A stretch of DNA of 64,000 nucleotides from the human T2T-CHM13v2.0 reference genome, Homo sapiens (GCF_009914755.1 NC_060931.1), one strand, 5' to 3'. Numbered from the stretch's first letter, positions 31,411 through 44,109 are shown. The notes: generated from the letters alone by a model not told the origin. Numbers and translations: made by a program.

Positions 31411-33236
31411 TGAAAACACACGTTTTAAATGCATAACAAAACTACAGACTATAGAAGCAAGTATATTGTATTTACTGACCATTATAGTCAAATTTGAAAT
31501 ACCTGACAACTTTTAATATTTTTAAAACAAATATTTAAACATGTCATGTGAAAATAGTATGTATATGATTAAATTTATAAAACTATTTAAAGTGTAGTTT
31601 AATATAAATAACTCTTTTTCTATTTTTATTTCATTTCCTCTCTCTAATGTCAAACAGTTATTCTGCCTATTGGGAATTTGACTTCTATTCATTTAGAATA
31701 AAACTAATCAAATATATCCCAGGTGTGTTATTCTCATTTTAAAATATTTAACCTTTTAAAGTGTTCATCTGACAATGATAGATTTGGGTTAGATTTTTTT
31801 CATAAAAGAAAGGCAAAGAAAATTCTGTAGGCAATGTCATTACCTTTATCTGAATTTGGAGTATTGAACAGTTCAGATGGAGGATGAAAGAGAATCATCT
31901 AGTTTGACAATCAAAATATACATTTTAAGTTGGCTGTATCCACAGATATTCAATTTTACACTGATGAATATGCAACATGGGCAGATATTTTCTTAACAGA
32001 ACTGACCATATATTGAACAGTTGGTTTACTATTTTATTCTATCCTGACTGTATAACAAAAGATTTAAAAAGATCGATTCCCATGGTTTTGCTTTAATGGA
32101 AATAGACTGAGTTATAATCAGAACAAAGTTTCCATCCATGATAGTAAATAAATGGTCTCAGTGAAATGAAGATTCAGAAGCACTTATTTTAATAATTTTC
32201 ATAACGCTAGTCAAAGGTATATACAAATATACAGCAGTAGGATAGTAGTATCTTCTATTGGTATCTTTCAATTTTGTTAACTTTTATGGGAAATTTTGGT
32301 TGTACTATGGAGAGAATAATAATTTAACTCATCTTTGGTTCTTTTAAGAATTGTATAAGGTGCAGCAATTTTACTATTAAATTGTATATTTTCAATTTGT
32401 TTTTTGTTATTGCTCTTCTAAACTGGATTTTGCTCATGTGGGTGTTGTTTGCTTTTTTCTTGCCTTCCTTCTTTTCTTCTCTATCTTCAATAGTTTTGTT
32501 TAACAGTTTTAAAAGACATTTTCCAAAGTTTCACAGACATATGCTCAACATATATAATTAACTTCTTTCCAGTAGAAAAATACAATGACAATATAAGGGT
32601 AGGTATATACTACTAAAAAGTTTTTCCCCACCTACTGCCTGTTTTTTTTTAACAAGACAGCATGCCTGAAGTATTCAGTGAACAAGAACAAAAGCTATTA
32701 AAATCAGAGATCTTATGTGGAGGAATGCAAATGCTAAGTTTTCTTGTAACTTTGTAAGTCAAATAAGTTATGAGTATACAATGCAAGCCACTAGAAAGTT
32801 AGAAGTTCTTGGATAGTATCTGAATTATTTTCCAAATGGAGTTATTTTCAACTACAATAAACTATGGGCATTACTCAAGTCAGTATAAAATATTTTTACT
32901 GTTTGAATAACTTACTGAAGAGCCATGAACAACATATATAATATTAGAGCAACCACCATTCCTATTTTGAGGACAGTGGAGAGCACGGTCATTTCACAAA
33001 ATGTGGCTCATTAGTTAGAATTTTTAGTTCATTTTAAGACTTAAATTGTAAGGTAATTTTAAAAGGTTGTCTGTCAACTTAAAGGATCTTATTTTAAATA
33101 GATAAGTTCGTAGTAGGTAGATCCCTACCTTGTCATTGCAGAGTGGAACTGGTGTCCCATGTGAAGGATGATTTGACTGAGATCAAAAGCTGTGGGTTGA
33201 TAGTCTAAAAAAATCAGTTTGAAATACGACACTGTC

Positions 33237-33550
<314 letters not shown>

Positions 33551-33842
33551 CTATTTCAGCAGCCAGTTAAACAAATCATTTTTAGGTGATAAAGAAGTAG
33601 CATGGTAGATGAAAAGGTTAGGTAGAAGAATAAGAGCTGTCAGGTATCAAGAGAAAAAGAAATATTTGTTGCTTCTAAAAGGTAAAATTTCAGCATATGC
33701 TAAGAAAATGTGAAAAATTTTCTAGTGGCAAATAAGCAATCAAGTCCAATTGGTGCTTTTTCCAAATATTCATTGATGTTATCTAATAATTACCTAGAGT
33801 TACTGGTATTATCTTCTCATTATCTTCTCTTGGATTTCACAT

Positions 33843-33868
<26 letters not shown>
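33843..33868. repeat. (CA)13 microsatellite
   Basis: Read directly from the sequence. Confidence 0.9.
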
Positions 33869-33873
<5 letters not shown>

Positions 33874-34174
33874 CATTGTCAATACTGCTTTAATACATAA
33901 AGACTAAGTTCCTATTGAAATTTCTCAGATTAGTCTTTTTGTTTTCCAGTGATTATGTTAGCTAAAAGGAATAAATTTAAAAATGTAATGTCCAATAAGG
34001 TTTAGGCATTTGGTTATTGATAAACACATTTAAATGAAAACAAATGTAAAGTGCCTGCTGGATGTTACATATCTCTCTTAATGATGATTGTGTAAATAAA
34101 TATAAAACAACACAACAAATTAACTGAATTCAACACACAAGGTATAATCAAAGAGAAGATAAAAGTGATGGAGA

Positions 34175-35206
34175 TTCATGTGTGTTTATAGTAGAATGAT
34201 TTATAATCCTCTGGGTATATACTCAGTAATGAGATTGCTGGGTCAAATGGTATTTCTGGTTCTAGATCCTTGAGGAATCGCCACACTGTCTTCCACAGTG
34301 GTTGAACTAATTTATACTCCCACCAACAGTGTAAAAGGATTCCCATTTCTCCATAGCCTCACCAACATCTGTTCTTTCCTGACTTTTTAATATTCGCCAT
34401 TCTGACTAGCATGAGATGGTATCTCACTGTGGTTTTGATTTGCATTTCTCTGATGATCAGAGATGATGAGCTTTTTTTCATGTTTGTTGGCTGCATAAAT
34501 ATCTTCTTTTGAGAAGTTTCAGTTCATATCCTTCACGCACTTTTTGATGGGGTTGTTTTTTTCTAGTAAATTTATTTAAGTTCCTTGTAGATTCTGGATA
34601 TTAGACCTTTGTCAGATGAGTAGATTGCAAACATTTTCTCCCATTCTGTAGGTTGCCTGTTCACACTGCTGTTAGTTTCTTTTGCTGAGCAGAAGCTCTT
34701 TAGTTTATTTGCAGCACTATTTACAACAACAAAGACTTGGAACCAACCCAAGTGCCCATCGATGATAGACTGGATAAAGAAAATGTCGCATGTATACACC
34801 ATAGAATACTATGCAGCCATAAAAAGAATGAGATCATGTCCTTTGAAGAGACACGGATGAAGGTGAAAGCCATCATTCTCAGCAAACTAACACAGGAACA
34901 GAAAACCAAACACCGTATGTTCTCACTCATAAGTGGGAGTTGAATAATGAGAACACATGGACACAGGGAGGGGAACAACATACACCAGGGCCTGTTGGAG
35001 GGTGGGGGGCAAAGGGAGGGAGAGCATTTGGACAAACACCTAATGCATGCTGAAACCTAGCATGCATCTAGGGCTTAAAACCTAGATGACAGGTTTATAG
35101 GTGCAGCAAACCATCATGGCACATGTATACCTACGTAACAAACTTGCACATTCTGCATATGTATCCCAGAACTTAAAGTAAAATTAAAAAGAAATAAATA
35201 AATACA
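34175..35206 (+). mobile_element. L1PA (about L1PA7/8), 5'-truncated with twin-priming inversion: ~34175-34707 antisense, ~34703-35206 sense
   Basis: Antisense L1 ends at ...agaagctctttagttta and switches to sense tgcagcactatttacaa..., then 3'UTR, G-tract and A-rich tail. The two arms are adjacent in the L1 consensus. Confidence 0.93.
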
Positions 35207-36002
35207 AGAAAGAAGGTTAGAGGTCAAAAAACATTCCTCCCTTTGGGAAGAAACTTAGTTTTAGCTCCCAAATTACAAAATGAACTACCAAAGTTTATGC
35301 ATTTATTTTAGCATTATAAATATATGTTACTAGTTTGACCTCCTTTGCAATTCTAGGGTAAGCTAACAGTGTTTTAATTACAATAGTGATTTTGTAGTAC
35401 GTTTTAATAAAACTGCAGTGTTTCATACATTTCTCATTTGTGACATCATTTTAAGGCACTATTTAATGGGCACTTTATTAAATTGAAGGATTACAAAATT
35501 AGAGCTCATTTTTAAGAATAAAAAACTAGTTTTTTTAAAAAAAGTGATGGATAGTCAACCTAAACCCATTTTCTTCTTTCACTCTTTAGCTAAGATTCAA
35601 TCTTATGTGGGAAAGTGAAAGTCTCCTCTTCTAACTGGCTAGATCCTCATTTACCTTTTCTGAAAATAATGCATGTAAGCCTGTCAGTCAATATTTACTG
35701 AAGGCCTACTATCTGTAAGCAATGGTATTGGCCACTGGTCACCTTGTTTCTTCTCTAACCAACTGAAAAATTGAGATGTCTCCAGCCGATTTGAAAATTT
35801 ATATCCACACAATAAACTCTGTGTGGATGTTTATAGAAGTTTTATTTATAATAATCCAAAGCTAGAAGTAATCAAGATGCCTCTCAATAGGTAAATGGAT
35901 AAACAGAGGTACAACCATACAATAGAATATTATTCAGTGATAAAAAGAAATAAGCTTTCTTGCTATGAAAACATATGGATGAGTTTTAAGAGCATATTAA
36001 TA

Positions 36003-36302
36003 GGCCAGGCACGGTGGCTCACACCTGTAATCCCAGCACTTTGGGAGGCCGAGGCGGGCAGATCACGAGGTCAGGAGGTCGAGACCATCCTGCCTAACAC
36101 GGTGAAACCCTGTCTCCACTAAAAATACAAAAAAAATTAGCCAGGTGTGGTGGCAGGCGCCTGTAGTCCCAGCTATTCAGGAGGCTGAGGCAGGAGAACG
36201 GCATGAACCCGGGAGGCGGAGCTTGCAGTAAGCCGAGATCGCGCCACTGCACTCAGCCTAGGCGACAGAGTGAGACTCCGTCTAAAAAAAAAAAAAAAAA
36301 AA
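36003..36302 (+). mobile_element. Alu (AluY/Sc-like) with TSD aagag(c/t)atattaata
   Basis: Full Alu, A tail, 15-bp TSD with one mismatch. Confidence 0.95.
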
Positions 36303-36965
36303 AAGAGTATATTAATAAGTAAAAAAGAAAACAGTGTAACAAAGCTACATACTGTAGGATCCTAATTTTTTGACATTCTGGAAAAGGCAAACTATAAATA
36401 GTAAAGCAATCATTGGTTTCCAGAGTTTGGTGGTAGTGGGGGCAGTGATGAATTGGTGAAGCACAGACAAATTTTGTAGTGGTGAAACTATTACGCGTGA
36501 TGGTGTAATGTTGGATACATGACAATATGCATTTGTCAAATATCATGGAATTCTACAGCACATAGCATGAATCTTAATTTATGCAAATTAAAAAATTGTT
36601 TAGGAGGTCAGGAGAGTTCTAGGATGAAATGTAGAATGTGACAAAACATTTAACTGCATTACAAAAAATATGAAACAGCCTCACTGACGGAGGTGTGGGA
36701 AAAGGTGATGACCTAAGTGACTGAAATTGAGTGGAGTCTAGGACTAAAGGCAATATAGACTACTGTGATACTATCTAGTTCGCAAAAGTGTGCAGGTTAC
36801 ACACATACACACAACTCCTGGAATTGAACAATTAAATAAATGAATTGCAAATAGTAAAAGCCAGATTTCTCACTGTTGAAATGAGAGGCTACAGACATGC
36901 AAGGAGAGGAGGCTAGAGTAATTGATGTGGTGATAGGATTAGAGACATCGGTATAAATTCATGTT

Positions 36966-37029
36966 AGCTTCATATAGATACAGATACATATAGATACAGA
37001 TACATATAGATACAGCTTCATATAGATAC
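36966..37029. repeat. 16-bp tandem repeat x4 (ag[ctt/ata]catatagatac)
   Basis: agcttcatatagatac agatacatatagatac agatacatatagatac agcttcatatagatac. Confidence 0.85.
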
Positions 37030-37199
37030 ATTAAAATATTTATAGATGTTTATATACACCTAAGTCAGTGTACACACATCTATTTTCTTGCTGTCACCTA
37101 GAAACAATACTCTATTAGCAAGAAGCCTACCTAGGGCACAAATATTGGGTTCTAATACCATTCTTAATAAAAGGAACCAGGACTCCTTAGGGAAATGTA

Positions 37200-37513
37200 T
37201 TTTTTTTCTTGATTATTTTTATTTTTTTGAGACAGGGTCTTGCTCTGTCACTAAGGCTGCAGTGCAGTAGCATGATGATAGCTCACTGCAGCCTCAAACT
37301 CCTGGACTCAAGTAATCCTCCTGCCTCAGCCTCCTGAATAGCTAGGACTACAGGTGCACACCACCATTCCATGTTAATTTTGAATTTTTTTGTAGAAACA
37401 GGGTCTTGTATGTTGCCTAGGCTAGTATTGAACTCCTGGACTTAAGCAATCCTCCCGCCTTGGGTTCCTAATGTGCTGGGAATACATGGCGGCTCACCAT
37501 GGTGCACCCAGCC
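37200..37513 (-). mobile_element. AluJ
   Basis: gagacagggtcttgctctgtc...atagctcactgcagcctcaaactcctggactcaag. Confidence 0.92.
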
Positions 37514-37819
37514 TCTTTAGGAAACTGTTTAATTCTAGAACTCTAGAAACATATAAGATGAGCACATTTCATATTGTCAGAAAATAAGGAAGTGCTAAAC
37601 ATATAAATTCACACTTACAATTTGAGCAACATAAATATAATAATATTGAAACACAACCAAAAGTATAAAATAAATATCCATGTGTTTATGTTGATATAAA
37701 TAAATGATTACATTAGAAATAAATAGGGGAGAAAAGAACAACTATATACAGAAGAATTCAAAATAAATTATGTTGGTATATCACCCTTGAGGAGGTGAAG
37801 CACAGCTCCCCACCTCTTA

Positions 37820-38133
<314 letters not shown>

Positions 38134-38744
38134 TGAGTTGCATACAGTAGCCTCTTTTTAAAAGGTACAGTATGGCAAAAGGGGTAATGAGAGTAACTTA
38201 ACAGTGGAGAAAACTAACAAACATTACCTCAGTTGTGTGATCAAGTCAGCATCAATACTGATAAGCCATGTTGATAGCATGTCTTTTGGATCTGATGTGA
38301 TGAAAATGATGTTTTACTTCTATGGACCTTTCTTCCCCAACACACAATTCTACCCTAACCATGAAACAAAACAAAACCAATCAAAACATCAAAGAAATAT
38401 CATCTGAGAGACATTCTATAAAATGCCTAACCAGTACTCCTCCAAAGTGCAAGTCAGCAAAAATCTAAATATACATGATGACTAAATGTAATATGGTATC
38501 TTGGACAGGATCCTGGAACAGAAAAAGAACATTAAGTAAAAACTAAGGAAATATGAATAAAGTGTGGACTTTAGTTAATGTTATTGTATCAATATTCGTC
38601 CATTAATTATGATTGATGTACCATATACTTGTGATGTATGATGTAAATAATAAAAGAAAGTAGGTGAGTGGTGTGTAGAAACTCTCTGTACTATCTTCGT
38701 AAATTTTCTGTAAAACTAAAATTATTCTAAAATAAAAGATTTAT

Positions 38745-40560
38745 TTTTTAAAAAGTAATTTCACACAGCCAAGTTGTTATAAACATTCTAAAGTAATTTC
38801 TAGTAACAATATAAAATTGGTTCTTTTTAAAATAAGAATTGATCTGACCCTTTGAAACAAAAGTATATCAGGTTCAAAAACTGTCTGTGCAACTGGAGTA
38901 AATTCACTAACTCTTATGTCAACTCAGTAACATTGAATTCAAAGGGCAACTGCATAAATTTAAAACTTTAAATTTATTAATCTCAACAAAGCTTCCTTCA
39001 TATTTTTGTGTATTTTGTGCAGTTACAAGACTGACATGATGTTTTTGATAGCAATTAAACCTGCATATTCACCTTATAAAAATGTACATTATTTGTATAC
39101 ATTCATATTATCAAAAGCTTCAATTTGAATATAAATTTTTATTAGTGTCCATCTAGGTTACAAGATTTTTCTTTTCTGTGAACTTCAAATTTATGTTGTT
39201 TATGTACTTTCTGATACTGGTGAGACAAGGCAAAACATATGCCTTTTTTGTTTTTGTTTATGAATATCTGGCAACTATTTCTTTTTTTCTTGAAATTTTT
39301 GAATTGAAGTTCATGATACAGTAAATCTTTGTGAACCTTTTTCATGGCTCAATCAAAGATTTTTTCATGGCTCAATTAAAGAGCACTGGTAGGATGCAAA
39401 ATCAGTATGTTTATTGTATTCTGTTTCTTTGAACAATTCCATAAACTATTGATTATTCATCAATTTATATATGTATACTAAATGATTTTAACAAGTATAT
39501 CCCTGACACTTATCAAAAAGCCTGCTATAGATAACTCAGTACAAATATTTCTGGCATCATACAGTGAAATAAAGCCATAAGAAAGACATCGGTCTCTTGT
39601 TTTAAAATTCCAATCTAGAGCATCAACCATCATGATTGAAACTACTAAATTTTTCACATAGAGCTGACATTCTTTTTTGACATTTGAAGATTCAAAAATA
39701 TATATCCAAAAGTTCAATTTTTTAGTTCACAAAATTGATATTTCTTCATAAATTCTGAAGTTCTTTTTGAGAAGAATCTATCCAAAGTGTTAACTGGGCT
39801 ATGTCTCTAATGTTGTACGACTCAACTAAAGCTAAAAAATAAGCACTTGTGATTTTTCAAATTTTGGATTTATTGATATTTGGTGTTTGTTAGAAAGTTC
39901 CTATAGACTATAGGAAATTGTTTGGTAGCTTGAATTAAAATCTTTACTTTTTGTAAAATATTTCAAAATTTGTTTCTTCATAATTTTCTATTAACATTTC
40001 CATAATCAAAATAATTTTTCTTTTATAACTTTCATCAAAATGGGTTTTTGCTTTTGGTGCAAGATTCCAAGCAATTTTATAGCAGTTCAAAGTTACAAGC
40101 TCAGAACTTAAAAATTATCTAAAAATTTTTATTGGACATTTAATTCTTACATTGGGCAACTAACTTCATTGATCTTTTGCTACTGTTGAAAGAAAACTAT
40201 TTATGAAAATTCCTATGTATTTTCTGACAATGTCTCTTACTCATGACCACTTTTTTATCTTTAAGAATTGTTTATACAACAAACAGCTTTTCCATTTTGC
40301 TTTGCTTCAGGAAGTGGTAATTGCCAGTCATGATTCATTATGTAATATATCTTATCCAATCTCTTTTTTTCTTTAGTGTTCCCCTTGTAGTACTATCATC
40401 TACATTTCCACTCCATTCTGCATCCATTCTATAATTTTGTTTTAAATTTTAAAATTTGCTCATATTCACTTTTAAACTAGAAACACAATTTAATTGTATT
40501 CTGGTTAAAATAATATGTATTTTAGTTTTCCTGTGATTTTCAGTTATCTCTAAAATCAGG
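38745..40560 (-). mobile_element. Ancient hAT-Charlie (Buster-type) transposon with near-complete transposase fossil
   Basis: Minus-strand translation across frameshifts gives, in order: NGKAVCCI..KRH..H; YKIAWNLA; LALVESYNIRDIAQL (cf. LALDESTDITDTAQL); FHC; DILVKII; LSHEK..QRF (cf. WLSRGKVLQRF); NNINLK; MFITTWLCEITF (cf. FGSTYLCE..F). Confidence 0.85.
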
Positions 40561-41283
40561 GCTGTCTGCATAAAATATTCAAATAAACACATTACAATGA
40601 AAAAAAATGGGAGTGAGGGGTAGCTTGGAACTTAGAGTGTGATTCAAGAATGCTAAGTGAAGAAAGGATTGCCTTCTATGAGGCAGAAAAGCTCAGAAAA
40701 GGGATAAAGAGTTAAGGGAAACCCTGGATTCCTAAGCAAAAAGGGGCCAATTGGCAATCTAGCTAGCCTTGGGCTATGGAAATAAGATTCACACTTCCTC
40801 CTGAGACTTGAATATTACGTACACAGCAAAGTCTCTTGATATATGGGATGAAGGATTCACCCACATTTCATTGATTTTGGGGAAGAGTATGGCAGTCTTT
40901 AGATAAAGGGGGACTAAGATAGGACATATAAACTTTTCTTCTTTTTATTAGCATAATGTACAATATAACATTTGGTTGGAAGTAGAAACTTGCATTTCTT
41001 ATCAACATTTTTTTCCCCAAATTCAGAGCAAGGACATAAGTTTGGAAGATATCTCATCAATACAAGCAAAACTGTGATATGAAGCCCATACATTATCAGC
41101 CACACCATAGTTTCATTAGTAGATTCATGCCCTATTAGGCCCCATCCAATGGCTCATGTTTTTCCACTCTTCAAAACTCCTCCTTCCAAGAATAGGTTAG
41201 ATTTCCACATACTATTGGTCCCTCTGAATATGAAATGCCTTACATTTTTACAATTTTCATCCTAAAGATTTTCTTCTTTGAGT

Positions 41284-41546
41284 AAGAATCCAAGTAATTT
41301 TACAGCAGTTCAGTTATAAGCTCAGAACTTTAAAATTATCTTTTTTTTTTTTTGAGACAAATTCTCTCTCTGTCACCCAGGCTGGGGTGCAGTGGCACAA
41401 TCTCAGTTCACTGCAGCTCAAGCAATCTGCCCACCTTGTCCTCCCAAAGTGCTTGGATTACAGGTGTAAGCACCCAGCCAAAAATTATTTTAAAATGTTT
41501 ATTAGAGGTTTAATTCTTACATCAGGCAACTAACTTCATTGATCTT
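41284..41546 (-). mobile_element. Second copy of a ~115-bp Charlie transposase segment, split by an Alu monomer
   Basis: Aligns with 40061-40176 (…gcaactaacttcattgatctt is identical). Confidence 0.85.
41341..41479 (-). mobile_element. Monomer-length Alu (right-arm end fused to left arm) with TSD aaaattat
   Basis: T13 tail; ...cactgcag|ctcaagcaatctgcccacc...cccaaagtgc; aaaattat on both sides. Confidence 0.88.
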
Positions 41547-42439
41547 GATTTTTCAGAACAATGTAACAGTTACTGATTTGCCCCATTTAACTTCTGTACT
41601 TTCTACTTCTCCCAGCCTCCATTGTTTCAATTAGTATGTTTTAAAACATTCACTTCTTTTATAAATAAAGTTACATATCTTTTTTCTTCTGAAAAGTTAT
41701 ATAGTGAATTTACATTTCATACCTTCATTGTACAGCAAGATAAATTGTTCTAATTGATAGAATGAGGTCAAGAGAGTAAAACACTTTAAACACTCTCTGA
41801 AAAGAGAGTTATAATTTTCATGTGAAATTTATTTATACTGGTGGTTATTTTCACAACTGAACTTTAAAAGGAAGGGTCCATTTGGCTGCATTTGAATTGG
41901 TGACATTTTTAGGCTGTCATTACCTGCAGAAAGAGCGAATCAGTGTGTCAATATGAATGAGTGGTAAGTGACCTTTTAAAATGTTTTTCAGAATAAGGGT
42001 TTCTTTCTTTCTCTTGCTATTTTTTTTAAATAAAATATATCTGAATTAGAAACATGATGAACCCTAACTAAAGCTGCTCAAAGTATTCTCTGAAGAAAAA
42101 AAAAGCCAATTATTTTCTCTTAAATATTCCTTACAGATAGAAATTCTAAGAATTGGTAGTTAAAATGTAAATTATATTTCTGTTTTTTGACTACTAAGAA
42201 AGGAAAATAATACTAATTTTTTTTTCATTTTGTATTCAACTAATATTCATTGAATACGTGACATGTCTACCATGCAGTTTTTAAAGTAGGGTTGGAAATA
42301 CATGAATACATAAAATCCAATCCTCCTTTATAAGGAAATTTTATTTTATTGGCGGTGACAAAATGCATGAAAATAATTCAGTACATAGTAATTGTAAGGG
42401 CGGGTGGAAATAAAATAGTTTAGGGGGCCATCTTTCATT

Positions 42440-43770
42440 TGTCCCAGCAGATACACTATGCCATTCTTCACGCTACTCTGTTTTCCTGAAAATCTGACCC
42501 ATATGAATGCCAGTTATAAGCTTCGGCTTCTGTTGAGTTTGACCATCAGGGAGGACCTGCATAATCTCATGATACAAGGGGGAACTAGAAGAGTAAAATG
42601 TAAGGAGACCCCTGAAACTATTGCTACGGAATAAAAGATGAAATGCTCCTGATTATTGTAAATACAAAGTGGCATGCAGGATTGTGTAAAGACAATGCCA
42701 GGTTGGACTGCCAGAACGAGCCAACAGCATGTGATGTGCTTCCCCCTGCAGAGAGCCTATGAATGGACGTGCAGTCAGGGGGGTTTCACATCACCAAGAT
42801 TCCTATCCCAGAAAGGCAGATGTTCATAGCTCTGGGAATGGAATGTGACCCTTGTGGAGAGCCTATAAACCGACGCATGAGGGGCACCTGTTCATATGTA
42901 TAAGATAGGGCTATAAATGCCCTCATCTTGCCACGGCTCTTCTAGGCCTCTTTAGGGTTAAGGCATACTGCCTTCTGAGAATTTCTGGTCTAACCGGTTG
43001 TCTAGCTTCACGTCATGTTTCTATGGATTGTTTGTAACCAGCTTTTGCTACAACTGTTACTTCTGATTAATATCTTACTAATCATAGGTTATGGAAAGAC
43101 TGTGTTTCTGTTTTAAGGCTCTGTTAGAAATTACTGATGCACACACTATATTGTAAATTCTTATCTCTGTATACTGTACTTCTGCATACAGATGTTACAT
43201 TAAAGAATTACTTCATCCCCATGTGACCATCTCACCTCATAATCAAATGACCCTAAATCCCTCACTAAACTACCCCTGCCCTCACTAAACTTAATAATAA
43301 ATGCTGGTATATCCAGTGCATTGGAGGCATCAAGGGACCAGAAGGCAGTGACCCCCCTGGACTCAGCTTTCACTATCTTGTGTGTGTCTATTATTTCTCG
43401 ACCTGCCAATCTGCCTGGGAACAAAGAAAGAGCCCCGCTGTATTGCGGGCTGTTGGCCGGATCCTGCAATAGTAAAGTTGGAGTACTTAGGGGTATTTAG
43501 TCTCCTAGCTCCCTGCCTTTGACGGCAAAGTGGGCTTGGGTGTGTCCCTGAACCAAAAGGCTCAATGCCTGACCAGGTGTCTCCTCACACAGCCCTCTCT
43601 GTTCATATCCTCCTAACTTAACTCTTCCATTGTTCTCTAAAGCCTAGGGGCTTCAGAAGCAGCGCTGAAGCACCCCAGGGTTCTGTAATATCCTTTGTTG
43701 TTGTACTATACCCTGCCTAATATACAAATGGGAGAGTGCTACCTGCTTCCTATCGAGTCTGAAATGGAAG
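42440..43770. mobile_element. LTR33-like (ERVL) LTR, split by the MER11D-like LTR
   Basis: ctgacccatatg...ggcttctgttgagtttgacca...| ggggtatttagtctcctagctccctgcc...gggtgtgtccctg resembles LTR33. Confidence 0.65.
42599..43471 (+). mobile_element. HERV-K-class solo LTR, MER11D-like (HML-7)
   Basis: Starts tgtaaggagacccctgaaactattgctacggaataaaagatg; 873 bp; AATAAA near 43296; 6-bp TSD gtaaaa/gtaaag. Confidence 0.8.
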
Positions 43771-43944
43771 TTTTTGAGAACAAAGTGATCACTTCTAGCT
43801 GTTAGGAACAATTTTGTTATCTTTGATTATGTAGTATATAATGGTTAGAATAGAAAACTGAAAGTTTTTTCTATACTCCATAGCCAGAAATCATTTTACT
43901 AACGTGAAAGGCATTATTATGTCCCCTATACTTTAAAATTCAGT

Positions 43945-44025
43945 TTTTGGAGATGGAGTCTCACTCTTTTGCCCAAGCTAGAGTGCAGTGGTGTAATCAT
44001 AGCTCATTGCAGCCTTGAACTCTTG
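43945..44025 (-). mobile_element. Alu 3' fragment
   Basis: gagatggagtctcactct...gagtgcagtggtgtaatcatagctcattgcagccttgaactc. Confidence 0.85.
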
Positions 44026-44109
44026 TATATCCCTTATTTTAAACAAAAATTTGAATATTAAATTTACAGTTCTCTGGACAATATGGGCATGGCTTCAACT
44101 CTATTTTTA

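Noticed and set aside
32275-32530. About 84-codon Lys/Glu-rich open frame on the minus strand
   Set aside because: It follows a stop, has no splice signals, and is A-rich and similar to decayed L1 ORF1/HAL1 sequence. Too weak to call either way.
39478-39717. Initial reading as a hAT-Tip100/ZMYM-like C-terminal region
   Set aside because: Flanking translations give colinear Charlie/Buster motifs instead.
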